Source of the DNA: Acidimicrobiales bacterium
Lineage (GTDB): Bacteria > Actinomycetota > Acidimicrobiia > Acidimicrobiales > RAAP-2
Length of the DNA stretch: 64,000 bases
Assembly (NCBI GenBank): GCA_036844945.1
Contig: DAIUEV010000015.1
Coordinates: 66 to 64,065, forward strand
Reading direction: 5' to 3'
Numbering within the stretch: the stretch's first letter is position 1; the number at the start of each line of letters is the position of its first letter. The notes under the pieces are model-generated. The model saw only the letters and a list, made by a program, of their open reading frames with translations, was not told the DNA's origin and ran no database searches. Shown one piece after another: positions 1 to 8,116 of this stretch. The position numbers and the translations under genes were made by a program.

Positions 1-76
1 ACCGTCCGTCCGACGCTCGCCCGGGCTCGGTTTGTTCGTCGGGGGCAGCGGAGGGGGCTCCGAAACCGGGAATTGC

Positions 77-108
77 TTGACCTTCACACGGTGTGAAGGC
101 GTATCAAT
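77..108 (+). promoter_or_regulatory. MerR-type promoter/operator upstream of the MerR gene
   Basis: Read directly: TTGACC (77-82), a 19-nt spacer (83-101), then TATCAA (102-107). The perfect dyad CCTTCACAC-G-GTGTGAAGG (81-99) fills the spacer. A 19-nt spacer carrying a dyad is the classic MerR-family operator geometry. The gene's ATG is at 118. Confidence 0.7.
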
Positions 109-117
109 GGTCGTGTC

Positions 118-951
118 ATGTTGAACATCGGAGAGTTCGCCCGGCTCGGCCAGATCTCACCCCGCATGTTGCGCCACTACGACGAGATCGGACTCCTCAA
201 TCCCGATCGGGTCGACTTGGGAAGCGGTTACCGCCTGTACAGCGTCCATCAACTGGGGCGACTGCACCGCATCGTGGCGTTGCGCGACATGGGCTTCGGC
301 TTGGAACAGATCCGACAGGTTCTCTCCGAGGAGATCACCGTCGAGGAGCTTCGCGGGATGCTGCGGATGCGCCACGCCCAGATCGAGCAGACCGTAGGAG
401 AGGAGCAGGAACGCCTTCGGCGGGTCGAGGCGCACCTCCGAGCACTGGAATGGAGTGACACCGTGGAGCTGCAGGACATCGTCATCAAGCACACCCAACC
501 GGTCCGCGTGGCCCAGTCCACGGCACGCGGGCTGACCCACGACGACATCGGGGCGGCCTTCGGGCGGCTGATGCCCCAGGTGATCTCCCACCTCGAGGCC
601 GCCCACGCCAAGCCGGGCATCTCGGTCGCGGTCTACGAGGACGAAGGCGGCACCGTCGCAGAAGGCGAGATCGTGCTGCACGCCGGTTTCGACATCGGTG
701 ATCAGGAGGTACCCGACTCAGAGAATGTGCGCGTCATCGAGCTCCCGGTGATCGAGGTCGCGTCCGCTGTCTACCGGGGAGGTAACGACGGCATCATCGC
801 CGCCTGGGAGGCGCTCGTTCGCTGGATCGACGACAGCGGCTACCACCTCATCGGCGACTGCCGGGAGATCTACCACGAGTGGCACGACGACGACGAGTCC
901 GCCAACGTCATGGAACTTCAACAACCGATCGCGCGTGAGAGAGCCGGTTAG
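118..951 (+). CDS. MerR family transcriptional regulator with GyrI-like/BmrR-type effector-binding C-terminal domain
   Basis: The N-terminus MLNIGEFARLGQISPRMLRHYDEIGLL is the MerR HTH signature. A coiled-coil linker and a ~150-aa C-terminal domain typical of multidrug-binding MerR proteins follow. ATG start. Confidence 0.85.
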   Translation: MLNIGEFARLGQISPRMLRHYDEIGLLNPDRVDLGSGYRLYSVHQLGRLHRIVALRDMGFGLEQIRQVLSEEITVEELRGMLRMRHAQIEQTVGEEQERLRRVEAHLRALEWSDTVELQDIVIKHTQPVRVAQSTARGLTHDDIGAAFGRLMPQVISHLEAAHAKPGISVAVYEDEGGTVAEGEIVLHAGFDIGDQEVPDSENVRVIELPVIEVASAVYRGGNDGIIAAWEALVRWIDDSGYHLIGDCREIYHEWHDDDESANVMELQQPIARERAG

Positions 952-1031
952 GAAGGGTCCGCGCACTGGGAGCGGCCCGACATCGCGGACTGTCGGTGGC
1001 GGGTGGGCGGTGGGCCTTGGTGCGAGCGTTC

Positions 1032-1841
1032 TCAGGCCCGTCGGGCCACCGCTGCCGGTGTGGCGGCCGCCACCAGGCTCGAGAACAGCGTGAGATCCTC
1101 GTCCATCTCGGGATGCCACTGGACCGCGATGAGGTAGCGGGAGGAGGGATCTTCGAGGCCCTCGACCGTGCCGTCGATGGCCCACGCGCTGGCGACCAGG
1201 CCGCTTCCGACCCGGTCGGGCGCCTGGTGGTGGTGGGTCGGGACGTCGAGCTCCTCCCGTCGGACGATCGCCCCGAGGCGACTGGCCGGGTCGACCCGGA
1301 CCCGATGGCGGCCATAGACCCCGGGCACCGCCATGTGGTCGGGGTCGGCCCCGAGGTCGGGCAGGTGCTGGTGCAGCGTGCCGCCCCGCCACACGTTCAC
1401 CACCTGGATGCCCCGGCAGATGGCGAGCACCGGGAGCCCGCGTTCCTCCGCCGCGTCGAGGAGGTCGAGCTCGAAGCGGTCGCGCGTCGGGTCGGGTCGC
1501 TGGGCCCTGGGGTGGCGTTCGGCCCCGAAGAGCCCCGCGTCGACGTCCACCCCGCCGGTCAGCATCAGCCCGTCGATCCGCTCCGCCAGCGCGTCGGCGA
1601 TGCCGGCCACCGGCGACAGCACGACGGGGACCCCTCCCGCGTTGGCCACGGCGTGGATGTAGTCGGCCGGGACGAGCGATGCGCGCTCCTTCCACACCCC
1701 GTAGCTCGCGACCAGCTCGCCCGCGGTGATCCCGATGACCGGTCGCCGCCCCGCCCCGCCGGGTGGGTCAGAGGGGGGTGACGTAGGCACCGTGGATCCC
1801 GCCGTCGACGAGGAAAGTGGAGGCCGTGATGAACGACGCAT
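1032..1841 (-). CDS. Gamma-glutamyl hydrolase of the class-I glutamine amidotransferase / peptidase C26 family (PuuD-like)
   Basis: Motifs PVIGIT, LAICRGIQVVN (nucleophile Cys), HHQA and WHPE. Start is uncertain: ATG 1841 or in-frame GTG 1790. Either start overlaps the 3' end of the SDR gene. Confidence 0.75.
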   Translation of the reverse strand: MRRSSRPPLSSSTAGSTVPTSPPSDPPGGAGRRPVIGITAGELVASYGVWKERASLVPADYIHAVANAGGVPVVLSPVAGIADALAERIDGLMLTGGVDVDAGLFGAERHPRAQRPDPTRDRFELDLLDAAEERGLPVLAICRGIQVVNVWRGGTLHQHLPDLGADPDHMAVPGVYGRHRVRVDPASRLGAIVRREELDVPTHHHQAPDRVGSGLVASAWAIDGTVEGLEDPSSRYLIAVQWHPEMDEDLTLFSSLVAAATPAAVARRA

Positions 1842-2535
1842 CGTCGGACGCGAGGAAGGCGGCGGCCGCCGCGATCTCCTCGGGCTCGGCGAAGCGTCCC
1901 ATCGGCACGTGGACCAGCCTACGGGCGGCCCGCTCGGGGTCCTTGGCGAACAGCTCCCGCAGCATCGGGGTGTTGACGGGGCCGGGGCACAGGGCGTTGA
2001 CCCTGATCCCCTCCCGGGCGAACTGGACGCCGAGCTCGCGGGACATGGCGAGCACGCCGCCCTTCGACGCGGTGTAGGAGATCTGGGAGGTGGCCGACCC
2101 GAGCACGGCGACGAAGGACGCGGTGTTGATCACCGACCCGCCGCCCCGCTCGAGGAGGTGGGGGATCCCGTACCGGCAGCACAGAAAGATGCTCGTCAGG
2201 TTGACGGTCTGGACCCTGGCCCAGGCGTCCTCCTCGGTCGTGAGGATCGAGTCGTCCTCGGGCGGGGAGATGCCGGCGTTGTTGAAACAGATGTCGATTC
2301 CGCCGTAGGTGTCGACCGCCCGCTCGTACATGGCCTGCACCTGCGCAGCGCTCGTGACGTCGACCTGCAGGCCGATGCCCCCCACCTGCTCCGCCACCTC
2401 CGCCGCCCCCTCGGCCACCAGGTCGGCGGCGACGACCCGGGCACCCTCGGCCGCGAACCGCAAGGCGCTGGCCCGGCCGATCCCGCCGGCCGCACCGGTG
2501 ATGACCGCGACCTTCCCCTCCAGCCTCGCTGTCAC
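1768..2535 (-). CDS. Short-chain dehydrogenase/reductase (SDR) family oxidoreductase
   Basis: Motifs TGAAGGIGRA (Rossmann), NNAG and the catalytic YTASK (YxxxK). Typical 255-aa classical SDR. Confidence 0.85.
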   Translation of the reverse strand: MTARLEGKVAVITGAAGGIGRASALRFAAEGARVVAADLVAEGAAEVAEQVGGIGLQVDVTSAAQVQAMYERAVDTYGGIDICFNNAGISPPEDDSILTTEEDAWARVQTVNLTSIFLCCRYGIPHLLERGGGSVINTASFVAVLGSATSQISYTASKGGVLAMSRELGVQFAREGIRVNALCPGPVNTPMLRELFAKDPERAARRLVHVPMGRFAEPEEIAAAAAFLASDDASFITASTFLVDGGIHGAYVTPL

Positions 2536-2587
2536 CGTCTCTCCGGGGTCTCGGCCGTCGGCGCGTCCTTGACGGGTGTCGGGCTCC

Positions 2588-3955
2588 TCACAACCGCTCG
2601 AAGCCTCGGAAGCGCTCCCAGTCGGTCACCGTGGACTCGAACGCGGTGAGCTCGACCCCCGCCATGTTGACGTAGTGGTCCACCACCTCGTCGCCGAATG
2701 CGATCCTGGCCACCTCGCTGTTCTCGAAGAGCCCGGCCGCCTCGCGCATGGTGGACGGGATGCGGGCGAGATCCGGGTCGGCGTAGGCGTTGCCGACGAA
2801 CTCGGGCTCGAGCTCGATTCCCTCCTCGATCCCGTGCAGCCCGCCCGCCACCAGGGCGGCGAGCGCCAGGTAGGGGTTGACGTCACCGCCCGGGACCCGG
2901 TTCTCTACTCGGAGCGAGTCGCCGTGTCCCACCACCCGGAGGGCACAGGTGCGGTTGTCGTTGCCCCAAGCGACCGCGGTGGGGGCGAAGCTCCCTTCCG
3001 CGAAGCGCTTGTAGCTGTTGATGTTGGGCGCGAGCAGCAGGGTGAGCTCGGGGAGGGTGGCGAGGAGCCCCGCCATGAATCCGGCGAACGCGCCGTCCGG
3101 CCGGCCGTCGTCGCCGAGGCCGAAGACCGGCCGGCCGTCGGTGTCGCGCAGCGAGAGGTGGACGTGGCACGAGTTGCCGGCGCGCTCGTCGAACTTGGCC
3201 ATGAAGGTGAGGGCCATTCCCTCCTGCGCCGCGATCTCCTTCGCTCCGGCCTTGTAGACCACGTGATCGTCGGCGGTGCCGAGCAGTTCGGCGTAGCGGA
3301 ACGCGATCTCGTGCTGGCCGGGGAAGCACTCGCCTTTGGCGGACTCCGGACGCAAACCGGCCCCTGCCATCTCATTGCGGACGCGGCGCAAGAGCGGCTC
3401 GATGCGCCCGGTGCCGAGCAATGAGTAGTCGACGTTGTACAGGTTGGCCGGAACGAGGTCGCGGTAGGCCTTCTGCCATGCTTCCTCGTAGGTGCCGCGG
3501 AACACGACGAACTCGAGCTCGGTGCCGGCGAGGCCGGTCCAGCCGCGCTGGCGCAGCCGCTCCACCTGGGCCCGCAGGATCTGGCGGGGGGAGGCCACCA
3601 CCGGCGAGCCGTCGGCCCACTCGAGGTCGGCCAGACACAGCGCGGTGGCCGGGTGCCAGGGCACGCGGCGCAGGGTGGCGAAATCCGGCTTCAGGGCGAA
3701 GTCCCCGTAGCCCCGCTCCCACGACGACATCGCGTACCCGTCCACGGTCCGCATGTCGACGTCGACCGCCAGCAGGTAGCTGCACGCCTCGGCGCCATGC
3801 GGGACCACCTGGTCGAGGAAGTAGGGGGCATGGCAGCGCTTGCCCTGGAGCCGGCCCTGCATGTCGGTGAGCGCGAGCAGGACCGTGTCGATCTCGCCCT
3901 GTTCGACCAGATGGCGGAGCTCATCGAGGGAGAGGGCGCCCCTTGGTTCGCTCAT
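2588..3955 (-). CDS. Glutamine synthetase family protein (GlnA paralogue; gamma-glutamyl-amine synthetase-like)
   Basis: GS-family motifs NSCHVHLSL, NINSYKRF and NRTCALRV. I placed the start at ATG 3955 (MSEPRGALSLDEL...). The 46 upstream codons of the ORF are Arg/Gly-rich filler. Confidence 0.85.
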   Translation of the reverse strand: MSEPRGALSLDELRHLVEQGEIDTVLLALTDMQGRLQGKRCHAPYFLDQVVPHGAEACSYLLAVDVDMRTVDGYAMSSWERGYGDFALKPDFATLRRVPWHPATALCLADLEWADGSPVVASPRQILRAQVERLRQRGWTGLAGTELEFVVFRGTYEEAWQKAYRDLVPANLYNVDYSLLGTGRIEPLLRRVRNEMAGAGLRPESAKGECFPGQHEIAFRYAELLGTADDHVVYKAGAKEIAAQEGMALTFMAKFDERAGNSCHVHLSLRDTDGRPVFGLGDDGRPDGAFAGFMAGLLATLPELTLLLAPNINSYKRFAEGSFAPTAVAWGNDNRTCALRVVGHGDSLRVENRVPGGDVNPYLALAALVAGGLHGIEEGIELEPEFVGNAYADPDLARIPSTMREAAGLFENSEVARIAFGDEVVDHYVNMAGVELTAFESTVTDWERFRGFERL

Positions 3956-4059
3956 GCCGGGAGCTCCGGCGAGACGGCCTCGAGCGCGGTCCGGTCGCCG
4001 GGCGCCCGGGGGCCACTGCACCACGTTCGGGCCGAGGGCGGGCGACCCCCGCCCGAGCA

Positions 4060-4101
4060 CACGAAGACCACATCCACCCCTTCCCTGGTGCACGAAGACC
4101 A
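4060..4101. repeat. Exact 11-bp direct repeat CACGAAGACCA (4060-4070 and 4091-4101), 31 bp centre to centre
   Basis: Read directly in the 450-bp divergent region between the GS-like gene and leuB. Function unknown. Confidence 0.5.
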
Positions 4102-4206
4102 GCAGGCGGCGCCGGGCCCTGTCAACCGGAATTGGGCCGCGACCAGGTCGAGGTGACGTCGCGGTGGTTGACGGCCGGGTCCGTGGTGGGGGAGAATGTC
4201 GGTCCC

Positions 4207-4245
4207 ATGCGCCCCACCGACGCCCGCGTAATCATCATCATGTAG
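4207..4245 (+). CDS. Candidate leader peptide MRPTDARVIIIM (Val-Ile-Ile-Ile run) of a leuB-ilvE-cimA attenuator
   Basis: The mini-ORF is ATG CGC CCC ACC GAC GCC CGC GTA ATC ATC ATC ATG TAG. GGGGGAG lies at 4188-4194. Hairpins and a U-tract terminator follow directly downstream. Confidence 0.55.
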   Translation: MRPTDARVIIIM

Positions 4246-4274
4246 GCACGTGCCCCCGGTACGTGCCTGCCCGA

Positions 4275-4304
4275 CCGTCCACTTGGTGGGCGGTTTTTCA
4301 TTTT
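4275..4304 (+). terminator. Intrinsic terminator inside the leuB 5' leader (attenuator terminator)
   Basis: Stem CCGTCCAC (4275-4282) / GTGGGCGG (4286-4293, one G-U pair) with a TTG loop, followed by TTTTTCATTTT (4294-4304). A further hairpin, GGCACGT (4245-4251) / ACGTGCC (4261-4267), precedes it. Confidence 0.55.
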
Positions 4305-4405
4305 CCGGACCGGTCCGAACACCCGATGCAGCACACTGAAGAGAGCCCGATGCGTCAGCACTACGACGACGAGCGCCCGCCGAGCGTGGGCCCGGAGGCC
4401 GCCCG

Positions 4406-5446
4406 ATGAGCGGCCACGCCGTCGCGGTGATCGGCGGGGACGGGATCGGGCCCGAGGTGCTCGGCGAGGCGCTGAAGGTGGTCGAGGCGGCCGGCGTGGC
4501 GCTCACGACGACCGACTACGACCTCGGGGCCGCCCGGTACGTGCGCACCGGCGAGGTGCTGAGCGACTCGGTCCTCGACGAGCTGCGGGCACACGACGCG
4601 ATCCTGCTCGGCGCGATCGGCCCTCCGATCGGCGACACGACGGTGCCGCCGGGGACGCTCGAGCGCGGGCTGTTGCTGCGGCTCCGCTTCGAGCTCGACC
4701 TCTACATCAACCTGCGCCCCTTCACCGGTGCTCCCGGCTCGGTGGCCGACGGTGCCGACTTCGTGGTCATCCGGGAGAACACCGAGGGGACCTACGCCGG
4801 CGAGGGTGGCTTCCTCCGGAAGGGGACCCCTCACGAGGTCGCGACCCAGGGATCGGTGAACACGCGGATGGGGGTCGAGCGCTGCGTCCGGTTCGCCTTC
4901 GATCTGGCTGAGCGGCGCCCGGGCCGCCATCTGACCCTCGTGCACAAGACCAACGTGCTCACCTTCTCCGGGGACCTGTGGCAGCGGACCGTGGCCGAGG
5001 TGGCCTCCGAGTACCCCGACGTGGCCCGGGACTACCAGCACGTGGACGCCGCCTGCATCTACATGGTCGAGCGCCCCCGCGCCTATGACGTCATCGTGAC
5101 CGACAACCTGTTCGGGGACATCCTCACCGACCTGGCCGGAGCCGTCTGCGGAGGCATCGGGCTGGCCGCCTCGGCCAACCTCAACGCGGCGCGGACGGGG
5201 CCCTCGATGTTCGAGCCGGTGCACGGGGCCGCCCACGACATCGCCGGCCAGGGCGTCGCCAACCCGCTGGCGGCGATCCGGTCGGCCGCGCTCATGCTCG
5301 ACCACCTGGGCGACACCGACGCGGCCGCCCGGATCGAGAAGGCCGTCGCCGACTTCGTCCTGAGTGACCAGCTCTCCCATCCCCCCGCCGGGGCCGAACG
5401 ATGGACCACCGTCGGCATCGGCACCGCAATCGCAGAAAGGCTCTGA
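4406..5446 (+). CDS. leuB: 3-isopropylmalate dehydrogenase
   Basis: [14 protein letters not shown]-terminus, and [10 protein letters not shown] plus NPLAAI motifs of isocitrate/isopropylmalate dehydrogenases. GGAGG lies 7 nt upstream of the ATG. Confidence 0.9.
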   Translation: MSGHAVAVIGGDGIGPEVLGEALKVVEAAGVALTTTDYDLGAARYVRTGEVLSDSVLDELRAHDAILLGAIGPPIGDTTVPPGTLERGLLLRLRFELDLYINLRPFTGAPGSVADGADFVVIRENTEGTYAGEGGFLRKGTPHEVATQGSVNTRMGVERCVRFAFDLAERRPGRHLTLVHKTNVLTFSGDLWQRTVAEVASEYPDVARDYQHVDAACIYMVERPRAYDVIVTDNLFGDILTDLAGAVCGGIGLAASANLNAARTGPSMFEPVHGAAHDIAGQGVANPLAAIRSAALMLDHLGDTDAAARIEKAVADFVLSDQLSHPPAGAERWTTVGIGTAIAERL

Positions 5447-5447
5447 G

Positions 5448-6377
5448 ATGCCCATTACCCCGACCGAGAAGATCTGGATGGACGGCGAGCTCGTCGACTG
5501 GGCCGACGCCAAGGTGCACGTGCTCACCCACACCATGCACTACGGCTCGGGGGTCTTCGAGGGCATCCGCGCGTACAAGACCAGCAACGGCGTCGCGGTC
5601 TTCCGGCTGCGAGAGCACATCGAGCGGCTCTTCGCGTCGGCCAAGGTGCTCATGATCGACGTTCCCTACAATCTCGAGCAGCTGATCGAGGCGACCCGCG
5701 AGGTGGTGCGGGTGAACGGGCTGCACGACGGCTGCTACCTGCGGCCGCTGATCTACCTCGGCTACGGCGAGATGGGGCTCAACCCCCTGCCCTGCCCGGT
5801 GAACGTGTCCATCGCGGCCTGGCCGTGGGCGAGCTACCTCGGCGACGAGGGCATCGCCAACGGGGTCCGGGTGAAGGTGAGCTCGTGGCAGCGGCACGAT
5901 CCGAACGCGGTGCCCACCGCGGCGAAGAGCACGGGGATGTACCTCAACTCGTCGTTGGCCAAGGTCGAGGCACTGAAGGCCGGCTACGACGAAGCGATCC
6001 TGCTCGCCCCCGACGGCCATGTGAGCGAGTGCACCGGCGAGAACGTCTTCATCGTGTGCGGCGACCGGCTGATCACCCCGCCCGCGTCGGACGCCGGCGC
6101 CCTCGACGGCATCACCCAGCGCTCGGTCGAGGCCATCGCCGCCGACCTGGGCTATCCGGTGACCCACGAACCGATGATCCGGACCGACCTCTACCTGGCC
6201 GACGAGGCGTTCCTCACCGGGACCGCCGCCGAGGTCGTGCCGATCTGCGCCGTCGACGACCGGGAGGTCGGCTCGGGCCGGCCGGGCCCCATCACGAAGG
6301 AGATCCAGTCCACCTTCTTCGCCACCGTCCGGGGCGAGATCGACCGGTACAAGGACTGGCTCGACTATGTCGACTGA
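5448..6377 (+). CDS. ilvE: Branched-chain amino acid aminotransferase
   Basis: Class IV aminotransferase features: MDGELVDWADAKVHVLTHTMHYGSGVFEGIRAY and TGTAAEV. I chose ATG 5448, 1 nt after the leuB stop, rather than the ORF's upstream extension. Confidence 0.9.
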   Translation: MPITPTEKIWMDGELVDWADAKVHVLTHTMHYGSGVFEGIRAYKTSNGVAVFRLREHIERLFASAKVLMIDVPYNLEQLIEATREVVRVNGLHDGCYLRPLIYLGYGEMGLNPLPCPVNVSIAAWPWASYLGDEGIANGVRVKVSSWQRHDPNAVPTAAKSTGMYLNSSLAKVEALKAGYDEAILLAPDGHVSECTGENVFIVCGDRLITPPASDAGALDGITQRSVEAIAADLGYPVTHEPMIRTDLYLADEAFLTGTAAEVVPICAVDDREVGSGRPGPITKEIQSTFFATVRGEIDRYKDWLDYVD

Positions 6378-8025
6378 CCACGGGCGTCCCGGCCATGGTC
6401 ACGGGGCCGGGGCGCACGACTTCGCGATGCCCCGCTGGCCCGACGCGGTCGACGTCTTCGACACCACGCTCCGGGACGGCAGCCAGCAGGAGGGACTGTC
6501 GCTCACCGTCGACGACAAGCTCCGGGTCGCCGAGCAGCTCGACCACCTCGGGGTGGCCTACATCGAGGGGGGCTGGCCCGGGGCCAATCCGAAGGACGAC
6601 GAGTTCTTCCGCCGCGCGCCGACCGAGCTTCGCCTCGCCACCTCGACGCTCGTCGCCTTCGGTTCCACCCGCCGGGCGGGCGCCGCGGCGGACACCGACG
6701 ACACTCTCCGCAAGCTCGTCGAGGCGGACACCTCGACCGTCTGCATCGTGGCCAAGTCCTGGGACCGCCACGTCACCGACGCGCTGCGCACCGACCTCGA
6801 TGAGGCGGTGGCGATGGTGGCGGACTCCGTCGACTTCCTGCGCCGGCGGGACAAGCGGGTCTTCCTCGACGCTGAGCACTTCTTCGACGGCTACCTGCAC
6901 AACCCCGAGTTCGCGCTCCGGGTGTTGCGGGCCGCCGAGGAGGCCGGAGCCGAGGCCCTGGTGCTCTGCGACACCAACGGCGGCACCCTGCCCCACGACG
7001 TGGCCGCCATCGTCCTCGATGTCAGGGCGCGGATGGAGGCCCAGATCGGCATCCACTGTCACAACGACACCGGGTGCGCGGTGGCCAACACCCTGGCGGC
7101 TGTCGGCGCCGGCGCCACCCACGTGCAGGGCTGCGTCAACGGCTATGGCGAGCGGGCCGGCAACGCGGACCTGGCCGCGGCGATCCCCGACCTCACGCTC
7201 AAGCTGAACGTGCGGACCATCCCGCCCGAGCGGCTCGAGCGCCTGACGGCGGTGTCCCATCACATCGCCGAGTTGGTGAACATCGCCCTCAGCCCCCAGC
7301 AGCCGTACGTGGGGACCTCCGGGTTCGCCCACAAGGGGGGACTGCACGCGAGCGCGGTCGCTCGTCGACGCGACCTGTACGAGCACGTGTCGCCCGACCT
7401 GGTGGGCAACGGGATGCGGGTGGTCGTCTCGGAGATGGCCGGCCGTTCCACGCTCGCCATGAAGGCGACGGAGATCGGCCTCGACCTCGACGGCGAGGTC
7501 CTTGGGCGGGTGCTCGACGAGCTGAAGCGCCTCGAGCATGAGGGCTACCACTTCGAGGTGGCCGACGGCTCGCTCGAGCTGCTGCTGCGGCGGGCGACCG
7601 GATGGGAGCCCGACTACTTCTCGGTCGAGTCGTTCCGCGTCATCACCGACCACGGCACCCCGCCGGGAGCGCCCCGGGGGCAGGCGCCGGTGACGACCGA
7701 GGCCACCGTCAAGGTGCACGTGGGGGAGGCGAGGATCGTCGCCACCGCCGAGGGCAACGGGCCGGTCAACGCGCTCGACGCGGCGCTGCGCCAGGCGATC
7801 GGGCCCCACTTCCCCGCCCTCGCGGGGATCCACCTGACTGACTACCGGGTGCGGGTGCTCGACACCGGCCTCGGTACCGGCGCGGTGACACGAGTCCTCG
7901 TCGACACGAGCGACGGGGAGGACACCTGGACCACCATCGGCGTGTCCGAGAACATCATCGAGGCCAGCTGGCAGGCGCTGTACGACTCGATCGTGCTCGG
8001 CCTTCTGCGCGCCTCGGCCGCCTGA
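6367..8025 (+). CDS. cimA: Citramalate synthase-type LeuA-family enzyme
   Basis: DTTLRDGSQQEGLSLTVDDKLRVAEQLDHLGVAYIEGGWPGANPKD and HCHNDTGCAVANTLAAV (HMGL-like TIM barrel), with a C-terminal LeuA-dimer-like domain. The length and N-terminus fit the CimA subfamily better than long LeuA. The start could instead be ATG 6427. Confidence 0.75.
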   Translation: MSTDHGRPGHGHGAGAHDFAMPRWPDAVDVFDTTLRDGSQQEGLSLTVDDKLRVAEQLDHLGVAYIEGGWPGANPKDDEFFRRAPTELRLATSTLVAFGSTRRAGAAADTDDTLRKLVEADTSTVCIVAKSWDRHVTDALRTDLDEAVAMVADSVDFLRRRDKRVFLDAEHFFDGYLHNPEFALRVLRAAEEAGAEALVLCDTNGGTLPHDVAAIVLDVRARMEAQIGIHCHNDTGCAVANTLAAVGAGATHVQGCVNGYGERAGNADLAAAIPDLTLKLNVRTIPPERLERLTAVSHHIAELVNIALSPQQPYVGTSGFAHKGGLHASAVARRRDLYEHVSPDLVGNGMRVVVSEMAGRSTLAMKATEIGLDLDGEVLGRVLDELKRLEHEGYHFEVADGSLELLLRRATGWEPDYFSVESFRVITDHGTPPGAPRGQAPVTTEATVKVHVGEARIVATAEGNGPVNALDAALRQAIGPHFPALAGIHLTDYRVRVLDTGLGTGAVTRVLVDTSDGEDTWTTIGVSENIIEASWQALYDSIVLGLLRASAA

Positions 8026-8116
8026 CCAAGGTCCGGGTCGGTCCCAGATCGGGCATTGAGGGACCCCGACCGGGGCATCCACGCGCGGGGCGGTCGGGCC
8101 GCGTTGCCGTAGCGTC

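Noticed and set aside
4327-4409. 27-codon upstream ORF ([27 protein letters not shown]) whose TGA overlaps the leuB ATG.
   Set aside because: It has no ribosome-binding site of its own and no amino-acid bias suggesting regulation. It is the tail of a long spurious frame (3840..4409) and may be coincidental. Only Ribo-seq could rescue it.
8032-8073. Hairpin after the cimA stop as a terminator.
   Set aside because: Pairing needs two bulges and a 14-nt loop, giving three 4-bp segments, and no U-tract follows. That is too weak to call.
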